Source of the DNA: Octopus vulgaris
Lineage: Eukaryota
NCBI GenBank assembly: GCA_951406725.2
Contig: OX597814.1
Coordinates: 91,884,001 to 91,948,000, forward strand
DNA length: 64,000 bases
Direction of reading: 5' to 3'
The notes beneath the pieces are model-generated. The model was given only the letters and a program-made list of their open reading frames with translations, searched no databases and had not been told where the DNA came from. This document shows, one piece after another, positions 1 through 12,504 of the stretch (position 1 is the first letter of the stretch; each line of letters starts with the position of its first letter). A program made the position numbers and the translations under genes.

Positions 1-400
1 AATGTGTAGCAATGTTATATGAGAGTTAGTAACGCCTCCAGTTAGGTTTCTATCTAAATAACTTTTTTTTATTTTAAAAGCAAAATATATTTATCTTTGC
101 ATCAAAGATAGAAGAAAGCATGAAGAATTTCATAGTTTGGTTCCATGCAACAAAAATTTGTATCAAAAGAGTTGTTAGGTAAAATAATATGAAATATAAG
201 GCAAAACATTGGATTTAAGAACAATTAACTTTTTCTTTATTTAAAAAACAAACTATACTTTAATTAAGTTTAGTGATAGAGCTCAATTCGAGGAACATTA
301 TTGTATCACTCTCATGCTATGAAGTTTTAAAAGAAAAAAGTTATGAGTGTTGTTTTTCACATGATTATTTAGCATAATAGCATAGCCTGGGAAAACATGG

Positions 401-1261
401 ATTACATGGGAGAATGTGAGCAAGAGAAATAATATTCTTAAGATTATGAACCTGGAAAGTACAGGACATGTTATTACACTCGGAAAAGTTCAGGATAAGT
501 TATTATATCTGCTAAAGTACAGAACAAGGCAATTTTTATTTAAAATATTGCAACTAAGGATAAAATTTGAATACCAAAAATTAATTCATTTTTATTTACA
601 AAGTAACTTTATAATTAATTTTGTTAAAATATTGACACACTAGAATACTTAAAGAATAAAGCCAGAAGTACCAACATAGCTAAATTTTCATGCAAAGTAG
701 AATAGTATACATTGTAGGCAAATTCAATATGTAAAAAATAGGCATTGGGTCAAGACTAAAAATGTGAAGATTTGGCAATAGCTTAGGCAATAACTCAAGC
801 AAATCTTACTGTTAATTTATTGTTACAGGTAGATTTTACTGTAATATATAGCTAATTTTTTAATCATTCTTTTTATTGTAATAATTAATTATGTACTACT
901 ATTATTTTTTATAACCTATTTTCAATTTTCTAATTATTAATTAATAATTAAAAAAATGAATTTTTTTAAGTGCAATATATATTTTGACTTTTTTTTATTT
1001 TGAATCGAAGTAACAAGTAATGACAAAGAGAAGTAATAACTTGTAATTTTTTTTTTTGAATAAAAGTAATATTTTCTAAATCTAAATATTTATTGTGATA
1101 TGTTATCCTTAGCTGCAATATTTTAAGTAAAATTTTCTTTTTCTCTACATTACCAGATGTAATCACTTGTCCTGAACTTTTATAAGGGTAATAACTTGTC
1201 CTGTACTTTTCCAGGTTTATCATCTTAAGAATATTATTTCTCTTGCTCGCATTTTTCCATG

Positions 1262-1265
<4 letters not shown>
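401..1265. mobile_element. Foldback/MITE-like element with long diverged terminal inverted repeats (~165 bp)
   Basis: 401-565 (attacatgggagaatgtgagcaagagaaataatattcttaag...gcaactaaggataa) is the reverse complement of ~1100-1265 (ttatccttagctgc...cttaagaatattatttctcttgctcgcatttttccatgtaat) with scattered mismatches; interior is AT-rich and non-coding. Confidence 0.75.
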
Positions 1266-1321
<56 letters not shown>

Positions 1322-1324
<3 letters not shown>

Positions 1325-1562
1325 ATTGCTATTATGCATACGTGTCGTAAGTCCAAATCGTTGCTTTTTCAGAAAACGAAAAGATAGTTTCACTATTGCA
1401 TAGCAAAGCCGTTGTACTACACTTGGACAAATTTTGGTATGAGAAAGCAGCTAGAGATACGATTGTTTGAACAAAAGAACCGGTTATTGCACGCAAAAAT
1501 AGAATTAAAAAAAACGCATTTGGCCAAATTTTAACATGGGACAGTCTAACATAATAGCAACG

Positions 1563-1566
<4 letters not shown>
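1322..1566. mobile_element. Small MITE inserted in a (TA)n array
   Basis: Short TIRs (ccattgctattatg ... cataatagcaacgctg) with (TA)n on both sides. Confidence 0.5.
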
Positions 1567-1660
<94 letters not shown>

Positions 1661-1780
1661 TTGCATATATATATATTGATAGAAATGGTAAGATAACAAA
1701 AGAATGAAAACGACCTCTATATTATTTAAAAAGAGGAATTTATCTGTAAATATAATATGTGACTGTTATTCGGTAGCCAT

Positions 1781-1842
1781 GAGAAAACTCCGAGTTTCGG
1801 AATGTCGCGGCGGAAACCCACGCCACCATCGTTTCAGTTATC
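1781..1842 (-). ncRNA. Degenerate hammerhead-like motif in a short PLE-tail fragment (~1678-1860)
   Basis: Minus strand reads gataa CTGAAACGA tggtggcg..cgccgc..ttcc GAAA CTC-G-GAG TT ttctc; core is imperfect. Confidence 0.35.
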
Positions 1843-1879
1843 GAGCCATCGAAAAAAGTACACACACATACATATACAA

Positions 1880-2070
1880 GTGGTTACGGAAGCATTCCTG
1901 GCCTTAGGGGTGTCGCAAAAGGCCTTCCGACTGCTTATACAGGGCTAAGAAAAACTGAAGGACCACTACAATAAGTGCGTGAATCTCAGAGGGGAATTTG
2001 TGGAATAAAATCATAATTAAATGATCTTCCTGTATTTTCTTTTACCGAAATTTTAATGTTACCTTAAGCA
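1880..2070 (+). mobile_element. Mariner transposase 3' remnant
   Basis: Translates KLKDHYNKCVNLRGEFVE*, similar to the mariner C-terminal W.KCV...G.YVE* motif. Confidence 0.5.
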
Positions 2071-2710
2071 AGAAAAGCTAATATGAATAAATAGAGTGAT
2101 GAAAATGCGTTTAAAGTTGGAAAGAATTTTCAATGGTTTTCTTTGATAATTGTTTGTCATGTAATGGTAGGGATAGTTATCTTAACTGTTGCTTTTATCT
2201 TAGCAATATTTCTGATTGCGTTCCCTAGAAGTTTTACAAACTACTGATTGTTAAGATTTGATGAAAGTGAAGTTGATATTTAGATCTAAGTTAAACATTC
2301 GGTGCATGATCAAAAGAATTATATCGCTGACTATCTCATCGTTTTAGGTGTATCTTATATTAAAATATGATATTAAGAAATGCGTAATTCTGTTTTAAGG
2401 AGACGGAGTTTCATTTGATTTGCTATTTCTAACATATCTATTTAGGAAGAAGAGACTTGATATATGTTCCATGGAGTAATGAAGATATACATGAAGAAAC
2501 GCGTAGTTCAAATCATTTTCCAGTAAAAGCCGTATTTTGTCTGAATTGAATATATAATTCAAATATACGTACTACTTAAGTGCGTAATTCCGCTACATTC
2601 ATCTTGCTACTTTCTGTTTCTCTTTTGAACTCATTTTGATTATATTCATATAGGGATAAAGACATCGTGCTTCCCCCAACCCCACCAATTATGTGAAATA
2701 TATAATCTGC

Positions 2711-3268
2711 GGCGCAGGAGTGGCTTTGTAGTAAGTAGCTTGCTTACCAATCACGTGGTTTCTGGTTCAGCCACACTGCGTGTCACCTTGGGCAAGTGTT
2801 TTCTACTATAGCCTTGGGCTGACCAAAGCCTTCTGATTGAATTTGGTAGACGTAAACTGAAGAAACCCGTCGTATATATATATACTAGCAGTATCGCCCG
2901 GCGTTGCTCAGGTTTGTAAGGGAAATAACTATAAAGTATTTTTAGAGAGTTATAGCCAAAAAACAGCAAAAAAATGGGAAAAAATGATGGTAAATTTTTT
3001 TTGATAGTTAAAAAAGGTGGAGTTGCGTCCCCTACACAGTTTGTGGTTTGTGTTCCTGATTCTCGACCCCATGTCGAATTTATCGATTTTTTTCAGAACT
3101 GGGGGAACTTTTCAAAATTTTCGCTGCGTTAGTTTTTAATTATGACATTGGGCTATGTGTGTGTCAAGTTTCATCAGAATCGGTTGAAAGCCGTGGTCAG
3201 GGTGAGGGTACAAGCAAACAGACACACAGAAACACGCACAGACAAACTGCCGTTTATATATAGAGATA

Positions 3269-3351
<83 letters not shown>

Positions 3352-3575
3352 GTGTATGTGTGTCTGTGTGTGTGTATTTTGTGTCTGTATTTGTCCCCAC
3401 ACACGCACCATTGCTTGACATCCGTAACTTAGCGGTTCGGCAAAAGAGACTGATAGAATAAGTACAAGGCTCACAAAGAATGAGTCCTGGGGTCGATTTG
3501 TTCGACTAAAGGTGGTGCTCCAGCATGGCCGCAGTCAAATGCCTGAAAGAATAAAAGAGTAAAAGAGTGAAAGAG
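2711..3575 (+). mobile_element. tRNA-derived SINE (family A, octopus OK-like) interrupted by a Helitron
   Basis: Head ggcgcaggagtggct...ggttcagccacactgcg..accttgggcaagtg; tail ggtgctccagcatggccgcagtcaaatg; same family at 14.5, 26.3 and 58.7 kb. Confidence 0.8.
2885..3266 (-). mobile_element. Non-autonomous Helitron nested in the SINE's internal (TA) tract
   Basis: Minus strand starts TC(tctatatataaacgg) and ends with hairpin cctgagcaacgccggg followed by CTAG; inserted at A|T with no TSD. Confidence 0.7.
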
Positions 3576-3679
3576 TAGGGCAGATACTACTATATATAAA
3601 TCCTCAAACAATAACACAAAAAACCTGAAAACTTTGGTGGAATGGTACAGTGGGAGAGTCAATAACATCTACCTCGGTA

Positions 3680-3828
3680 CTGAACTGGTACTTATTTCGT
3701 CGACCTCGAAAGTATAAAAGTATAAATGTCGACCTCAACGGAATCTGAACTCAAAACGTGAAGACGGACGAAATATCGTCAGACATGTTATCCGGCGTGA
3801 TAAAGGTTTTAGCTAGTTCACCGCCTTC
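3680..3828 (-). mobile_element. tRNA-derived SINE family B, degenerate
   Basis: Matches the reverse complement of the full copy at 16564-16799 (gtcgacctc..ggaat.tgaactca.aacgt.aagacggacgaaat). Confidence 0.7.
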
Positions 3829-4371
3829 AATAATGTAATATAATCCTTTGTGCTATAGGCACCAATCCTGAAATTTAGGAAGACGGTCTATACGATTTCA
3901 TCGACTCTCATAGTATGAAAGGCAGAGTCTACCTTGGTGAAATTAAAGAGTGTAGGGACAACACCACATGCCTTGCAGTTCGGTAATTGCTTAGACACTA
4001 TTAAATCTGAACTTGTATCTGATAAAGTTTAATAGTCCACAACATAGAGCAATATTTTAGCGCAACACGATATGAATTCATTTCTAATTAATCAGTGCAT
4101 AAGTTGCAGTACCCCAGTTTGAACGTTTATAGTGTGTAGGGAAAAGGTAAAGGGTATAAACTTTCAATATGTTTGTTATACGGGGGGGGGGGGGTAATGT
4201 TTGGTTCGGAAATGTGTAAAAAAGCAACGAAGACTGTGAGAAGAGAAGACATAAATATTTACAACTGAAAGGAAACAATGAGCTAACTGATTAAGAGGGA
4301 CAGAGAATCATTTAGCAGTGGTAGAATAACTTTGCTGGTCTTACAGCATTATATTGGATTCATGTTGACTT

Positions 4372-4790
4372 CAAATTTTGACACAAGACAAGCAAATTCA
4401 GTGGAGCCGATAATCGATTACATCGACCCCACTTATTTTATCAACCAAGAATGGATGACAGGCAAAGTCGACCTCGGCAGAATTTGAATGCAGAACGTAA
4501 AGACGGACGAAATGCCGCTAAGCATTTTGCCCGTTGTACTCATGATTTTGGTAACTTGCTGTTTTAATTATATTGAATTAATATTTTTGCACAAGGCCAG
4601 TAATTTCAGTGGAGACGCTAAATTAATTACACTGACCCAAGTGGCCGACTGGTATTATTTTTACGAACCCTAAAGGATCAAAAGTAAAGTATATCACGGC
4701 AGCTTTTGAAATCAAGAAGTAAAGACAGCCTAAATGCCGCTAAGCATTTTGCAAGGTATGCTAACGATTCTTCCTGTTCTGCGTTTAACA
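4372..4790 (-). mobile_element. Two tandem SINE family B copies
   Basis: ggcaaagtcgacctcggcagaatttgaa..cagaacgtaaagacggacgaaatgccgctaagcatttt occurs twice. Confidence 0.75.
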
Positions 4791-5141
4791 AGCCACAAGA
4801 TGAATAACTTTTGCATGTGTTTGTGTGATCTAGGGTGCTTTTTGTGGTAGCAGTATCATGTTATCAGATATGTAATGTCTACTTCATGGACGATATTAGA
4901 AGTTCGACAAAAATGCTTAAGTATGTTATAACATTTTAGCACTCTCTAACACCCTGGAAATTTTCCCTGTATAGATTCGCTATGTGTGAATATCAGATAT
5001 TGTTGAGTCTTACAGTTTGAATTTGTAGCGAATTTGTATCCTGGATACAAGGTAGAATTTTTTCTACCTAAACGCATATGCCAATGGCAAGAAACTTTTA
5101 GTACATCTTATGTTAATTCACTCTACTATTAATGCATTATA

Positions 5142-5190
<49 letters not shown>

Positions 5191-5222
5191 CTCTATCTCT
5201 TCCTTTCTCTCTGTATATATAT

Positions 5223-5280
<58 letters not shown>

Positions 5281-5387
5281 TCGGGGTGAGTACTTGATAA
5301 TTATAAGCACCTGTGTATACCGTTTAGTGGTGTAGGTGGTGGAGTAAATTGATCAAAATAAAATAAAAACATGATGCGAAGGATTCA

Positions 5388-5465
5388 GCGGTACATATGT
5401 TTCGGGCCTTTATTAGACAGATTTATAACAATGCATAATGTATGTCTGTGGCCTTCTTCAGCCGC
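5388..5465 (-). ncRNA. Type I hammerhead ribozyme (left arm)
   Basis: gcgg CUGAAGA aGGCC..long loop..GGCCc GAAA C-AUAU-G UA ccgc; stem I intact, GUA cleavage triplet. Confidence 0.8.
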
Positions 5466-7219
5466 GCACAACAGCTTCCACAAGGACATGTGTTACATCA
5501 AAAATTCTTGGTTGGGGATGCAAATCCTCTCATTCACGTACGACATAATGCGGCAGCAGCATAGAATTGAAGCGTCCATCTCTTTCTTCTCTCAATGTAG
5601 AATGAGGAAAATTGGATGTTGAGGTAATGTAAATAAATAAATACATATATAGAGGTGAAGATGGAGGGGCGAGAGTTCGGGACGAGGGATAAAAAATGTA
5701 TAAAAAGTGTAAGTATAGAATAATATAAAAATGTAGAGGATAAAGATATAAAGAGTTGTAAGGAGATGTAAAGGGGGTATAAAGAAATATAAAGAAATAT
5801 AAATAAATGTAAAGGCATAAGGTTATAAAGTAAAAATAGAAATAGAAATAAAAGTAAAAAAACCTGATAAAAACATGATAAAAGTGTAAAAGAATGTAAA
5901 GATAAGGGATGTGTAGAGGTTACGGACCAAGCATGGTGGTCAGGAGATTGATAAAATTTAGTTGTAGAATTGTCAGTAAATCAACAGTTTCGTCTGGGGA
6001 CCTAATGCGTTGTAAATCAGAGCTGATGAGCATTTAATCTGGTTCCTTGAATTAAATGGACTTCTAGTACATACATATCATCATGGATACATACACCCAC
6101 ATACACGCGTACATATACGCCTCCAAGCTTATAAGCATACACACGCACTCGCGTGTAAACACGTACATAAACACACACGCACCCACACGCACGCGCGTAC
6201 ACACACATACATACAACAACCGAATATCCGCATGTATACACGGACATTATACGCGTACACACTCACATGTATATACGCGCGCCCATCACTACATACACAC
6301 ACGTATATGCCCACGTCTCTAGGTCTAGGTATAAGATATTAAAGGATGTGTATAAGAACGTATGTAAAGAATCCCGTACTCATGTCTATACGTGCACGCA
6401 CACACGGCTGTGTGTCCGTATGTGCGTGCACATATACACTCCTATACACACACCTATACACGCGCACATGGGTATAGCTATAAGATATCGAAGTATGCAT
6501 GTACATATATGCGTGTGCATATGTATGTATGCGTATACACACGTACGCGGACGCTCGTATAGTCAAAAAGTGGATCTATAGGTAAGTAAATAAACATATA
6601 TGGAGGTGTAAAGCGATAAGTTATGGGTAAGAATGAGGGTAAGGGTAAAGATTAGAAATAAAAAATACAGTATAAAATAAGAAATACAATGTAATAGTTA
6701 GAAATGAAATATAAGAATTATAAAAATTATAAGAGTTAAGGTAAGGGATGAAAATAAAAATGAGAATAAATGGAAGTAGAATAAAAGTAAAAATAAAATT
6801 AAAAATAAAAATAAATGGAAGTAGGATGAAAGTAAAAATAAAAATAAAAATAAAAGTACACATAAAAATAAAAATAAAATAAAATAAGATAAAAATATAA
6901 TTTGGTAAAGTTTAACATGAGATGAAGGTGGTTGAAAGTTAGAGGTGTGTGTTAAACGTAGGGGCGGGCGGGGGAACTGAAAATTGGAAGGGTGGGAAGT
7001 GGAGTTTGGCGGTGTGCGTTCAACATCCGAGTTAGAAATGTGAAAGGGTATAGATATAGGGAATTAAAGAGACTACATAGGGAGGATATGGGTGTAGGAG
7101 AAGAAATATTTAGGGAAAAGAAGTCATATATGGGAGACAAAATTTGTATATATAGGAGGAAAATGCAGGGAACCGTATATGCGCATACACACACCCACAC
7201 ACACACACACACACGCACA

Positions 7220-7255
<36 letters not shown>

Positions 7256-7540
7256 TATACGTACACGTATGTTTACATACATATGTACACACACACACAT
7301 ACACATATACACGCACATATAGGAAAGCGGGATGTGCTGGAGCCGACAGGTTGCACCGGGTGGGAGGAAATTGCATGGGGGAGTTGGTATAGGACCTAAG
7401 CATTGTAGTATTTGAAAGTATTAATAAGTTTATGTATACAGGATGGTTTGAACTCTGACCTTTTGTTAATAAGATTGTGTTTGTCTTTGAATTTCAAGAT
7501 GTTCAGGAGTTCTACACAACATAGCTGGCATTAAAAGACA

Positions 7541-7768
7541 AAAAGTTGGGAATTAAAAGACAAATGCATAGGCTTCAAACTCAGATGGTCCATCATCGGA
7601 TCAGCTGCACCTTTTTTAAATAATAGAGCAGGATGCCAACTATGTTGTGTAGAACTCCTGAACATCTTGAAATTCAAAGACAAACACAATCTTATTAACA
7701 AAAGGTCAGAGTTCAAACCATCCTGTATACATAAACTTATTAATACTTTCAAATACTACAATGCTTAG
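7541..7768 (+). pseudogene. C-terminal fragment of PLE GIY-YIG endonuclease
   Basis: KSWELKDKCIGFKLRWSIIGSAAPFLNNRAGCQLCCVELLNILKFKDKHNLINKRSEFKPSCIHK...NA*; the CxLC...NKRSE...CxH tail is typical of Naiad-type PLEs. Confidence 0.85.
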
Positions 7769-9678
7769 GTCCTATACCAACTCCCCCATGCAATTTCCTC
7801 CCACCCGGTGCAACCTGTCGGCTCCAGCACATCCCGCTTTCCTATATGTGCGTGTATATGTGTATGTGTGTGTGTGTACATATGTATGTAAACATACGTG
7901 TACGTATGTGTACATATATATATATATATGTACATGTGCGTGTGTGTGTGTGTGTGTGTGGGTGTGTGTATGCGCATATACGGTTCCCTGCATTTTCCTC
8001 CTATATATACAAATTTTGTCTCCCATATATGACTTCTTTTCCCTAAATATTTCTTCTCCTACACCCATATCCTCCCTATGTAGTCTCTTTAATTCCCTAT
8101 ATCTATACCCTTTCACATTTCTAACTCGGATGTTGAACGCACACCGCCAAACTCCACTTCCCACCCTTCCAATTTTCAGTTCCCCCCGCCCGCCCCTACG
8201 TTTAACACACACCTCTAACTTTCAACCACCTTCATCTCATGTTAAACTTTACCAAATTATATTTTTATCTTATTTTATTTTATTTTTATTTTTATGTGTA
8301 CTTTTATTTTTATTTTTATTTTTACTTTCATCCTACTTCCATTTATTTTTATTTTTAATTTTATTTTTACTTTTATTCTACTTCCATTTATTCTCATTTT
8401 TATTTTCATCCCTTACCTTAACTCTTATAATTTTTATAATTCTTATATTTCATTTCTAACTATTACATTGTATTTCTTATTTTATACTGTATTTTTTATT
8501 TCTAATCTTTACCCTTACCCTCATTCTTACCCATAACTTATCGCTTTACACCTCCATATATGTTTATTTACTTACCTATGGATCCACTTTTTGACTATAC
8601 GAGCGTCCGCGTACGTGTGTATACGCATACATACATATGCACACGCATATATGTACATGCATACTTCGATATCTTATAGCTATACCCATGTGCGCGTGTA
8701 TAGGAGTGTATATGTGCACGCACATACGGACACACAGCCGTGTGTGCGTGCACGTATAGACATGAGTACGGGATTCTTTACATACGTTCTTATACACATC
8801 ATTTAATATCTTATACCTAGACCTAGAGACGTGGGCATATACGTGTGTGTATGTAGTGATGGGCGCGCGTATATACATGTGAGTGTGTACGCGTATAATG
8901 TCCGTGTATACATGCGGATATTCGGTTGTTGTATGTATGTGTGTGTACGCGCGAGCGTGTGGGTGCATGTGTGTTTATGTACGTGTTTACACGCGAGTGC
9001 GTGTGTATGCTTATAAGCTTGGAGGCGTATATGTACGCGTGTATGTGGGTGTATGTATCCATGATGATATGTATGTACTAGAAGTCCATTTAATTCAAGG
9101 AACCAGATTAAATGCTCATCAGCTCTGATTTACAACGCATTAGGTCCCCAGACGAAACTGTTGATTTACTGACAATTCTACAACTAAATTTTATCAATCT
9201 CCTGACCACCATGCTTGGTCCGTAACCTCTACACATCCCTTATCTTTACATTCTTTTACACTTTTATCATGTTTTTATCAGGTTTTTTTACTTTTATTTC
9301 TATTTCTATTTTTACTTTATAACCTTATGCCTTTACATTTATTTATATTTCTTTATATTTCTTTATACCCCCTTTACATCTCCTTACAACTCTTTATATC
9401 TTTATCCTCTACATTTTTATATTATTCTATACTTACACTTTTTATACATTTTTATCCCTCGTCCCGAACTCTCGCCCCTCCATCTTCACCTCTATATATG
9501 TATTTATTTATTTACATTACCTCAACATCCAATTTTCCTCATTCTACATTGAGAGAAGAAAGAGATGGACGCTTCAATTCTATGCTGCTGCCGCATTATG
9601 TCGTACGTGAATGAGAGGATTTGCATCCCCAACCAAGAATTTTTGATGTAACACATGTCCTTGTGGAAGCTGTTGTGC

Positions 9679-9756
9679 GCGGCTGAAGAAGGCCACAGAC
9701 ATACATTATGCATTGTTATAAATCTGTCTAATAAAGGCCCGAAACATATGTACCTC
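9679..9756 (+). ncRNA. Type I hammerhead ribozyme (right arm, stem I mutated)
   Basis: Same motif as 5388-5465, but the 3' strand of stem I is cctc instead of ccgc. Confidence 0.7.
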
Positions 9757-11759
9757 TGAATCCTTCGCATCATGTTTTTATTTTATTTTGATCAATATAT
9801 ATATATATATATATAATATCTAATATCTACCTTTTCGTTGAGAGAGAGAGAGAGAGAGAGAGAAAGTGAGAGATTACATGTTCTGTCAAAGAAGTGTAAG
9901 TTGTCGAGTTTGTTTTCTGTTTCGAAGGGACAGCAAATAAATAAGCGGAATGACAAAATTAACAAAAAAACTAAAGTAGTCTTTGAAATTCCTTTGGTGT
10001 GTGTCTTGTAATCTCACCGTAAAATGGAAAAAAATCAACTAACGACTTCTGAGATTAGAAAGCACGAATTTTTGTAGCTCGTGATTGATGACGTTCACAG
10101 GGAGTTCAGCCTGGCAGATAAAATTGAATGGGGATTAATCAGAGACAAAAGACTAGCAGTGAGTAAGGAGCACAGTACTTCATTATATCATATTCTACGA
10201 ATGGTTGTCACTGAGGAGTGAGATTGCGTTTCACATCTGAAGGACGATGCAGTTATGTAATTCAGATTTTATCATGTCAAACGTAAGTAGATACATTGTT
10301 AACTGGGGACTTAAGGTTGTTGCTCTTGATAGGTACAATCACAAATGTGCGTTTAGATATGTTAAAATCGCTTCTGTAGCGAGAGAAAACTCGAACACTG
10401 GTGAATAAAAGAGTAGTATTTAAAAGTAATCTGTTTGAAACTGTCAGAAACTGTTTCCGAGTTTCATTAAAGTGATCGATTACAGTAGACATTGGAACAA
10501 TGTGTACATAATGGTAACATAGTTGTTAATATAGAAATCTTATGAAATATTTTGTTAGTGTGACCTAACGTTTTATTTGAGGAAAAACAAAAAAATCACT
10601 AAATCAACTTACTTTATCACAATCATTTTTAACTAGATAAAGGATGAATTCAAAATTACTTCCAGTATTCGTTTTTGCTACCTCAGTTATTTCAGTTAAC
10701 TCAGTTGTTTCAAATACTTGACAATCGATAGAAAATAATGTTGTTCTCTTTTAACCCTTCGGTGTTGGTTTTTTTTTTTTGTATTTTGTCAGTTAACTCT
10801 CAGTAGTCTGATGATCAAAGGTGTATTTCTACAACAACGCTGTAGAATGAGTTATTCCTTTGCTGAAGATAACACTCTAATTTCGTAGCTTTAGATACAT
10901 CTACTCGAGCGTTTCTCGAATTCTGAAGGTCATAGCTATTCCAGATGTGCTTTCGATATGTTGACATTCTTGTGCTACTACATATTTACTTAAAATATAA
11001 CAATTCAATGAAATATGTATCATCAGTTAAAGATTATTTGACATAATGTTGATTTCCAATGCATCATTTAACTGTTTGGTTTGTTGTAATGTGAATGATT
11101 AGATTTAAAAGTTCATTGTATGCGATGTCACAAGGAATTAACTTAAATTCAATGGTTCATATTTCATACACATATCCTTTTTCCAACCTCATAGATAAGT
11201 GTTAGTGCATTGCTAAATCAAAAGACCTAAACCATTTCATTCTCACTCTCAAGATGAATTCTATGTTCTTGTGAATAATATTTTTTCCTGCGACTATGGC
11301 TTGGTAGACTAATCTCTATGGCAGACTTTCAACAGCAACCCTAACATATTTATGAGTACAGTTTTCATCATTTTCACATGTAGCCATAGCGACATGTGAG
11401 TAGGTACTTGTGAGTAGATACTTAAATCTGAATATACGCTAACGTTACAAATGTCTAAGTCTCAGATGGGTGAAAAAAAGTTGAATTCTGTAGGAATTCA
11501 ATACCCAAGGGTCACAATTACATACCTCAAATGAATTTGTCCGGCGCTTTTTCTTTTCTGCCACCCACCAATTTTTGGCTACGGATGAAGTCAGAATTTA
11601 TGTGACACAGTGAAATACGTGATTATGACTTAACTCTGAATTGTAGATTTCCAAAATAGGTACTGTTCTATTCAGTAGTGGTTTTGGAAATAAGTGTCAA
11701 GATATTGTGTGTTTTGAGAATCCTTACTCCACTCTCACCAATTTCGAGACAGCGGACAG

Positions 11760-12306
11760 GGCAATCATATATCAACACCAGAAGAGATAAAAGCCAAAGT
11801 CCACTGGAGTGGAATTTGAACTCAGAACGTAAAGAGAGACGACATGCTGCTGCACTTTTTACCCGGCGTACAAACGATTCTCCCAGGATGCCACGTTAGG
11901 AATTATATCATGATAATAATGATTTCAAATCTTGGTACAAGGCCAGCATTTTCGGGGGAGGGTGTAAGTTAATTACATCGACCCAGTGTTCAACTGGTAT
12001 TTATATTATCGACCCCGAAAGAATGAAAGTCAAAGTCAAACTTGGCGAAATTTGAATTCAGAACTCACCACCTTAGCAAATAAAATAATATTCTTTTCTA
12101 CTCTAGATACAAGGCCAGAAATTTTGGGGGAGGGGGCCAGTCGATTAGATCAACACCAGTACGCAACTGGTACTTAATTTATCTACCTCGAAAGGATGAA
12201 CGGCAAAGTCGACCTCAGCGGAATTTGAACTCAGAACGTAGAGACAGACGAAATACCCACTAAGCATTTCGCCTGGTGTGCTAACATTTCTGCTAGCTCG
12301 TCGCCT
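11760..12306 (-). mobile_element. Cluster of three SINE family B copies
   Basis: Repeated ggaatttgaactcagaacgta / gtcgacctc / aactggtacttaattt blocks. Confidence 0.75.
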
Positions 12307-12326
12307 CATATATTATGATATTAACA

Positions 12327-12504
<178 letters not shown>

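Larger units (their letters stand above)
5277..9796. mobile_element. 5'-truncated Naiad-like Penelope-like element with inverted pseudo-LTR, forming a ~4.4-kb palindrome
   Basis: Arm 5348-7531 is the near-exact reverse complement of 7633-9796 (mirrored ORFs in the track); ~100-bp spacer; GIY-YIG tail and hammerhead present. Confidence 0.9.

Noticed and set aside
6021-6070. CTGATGAG followed by a hairpin on the plus strand
   Set aside because: No GAAA follows the stem and it is antisense to the element, so it is not a hammerhead
7761-8459. 232-aa ORF with a hydrophobic tail
   Set aside because: It lies in the PLE 3' UTR; the hydrophobicity comes from (TTTTTA)n low complexity, and the mirror copy is frameshifted
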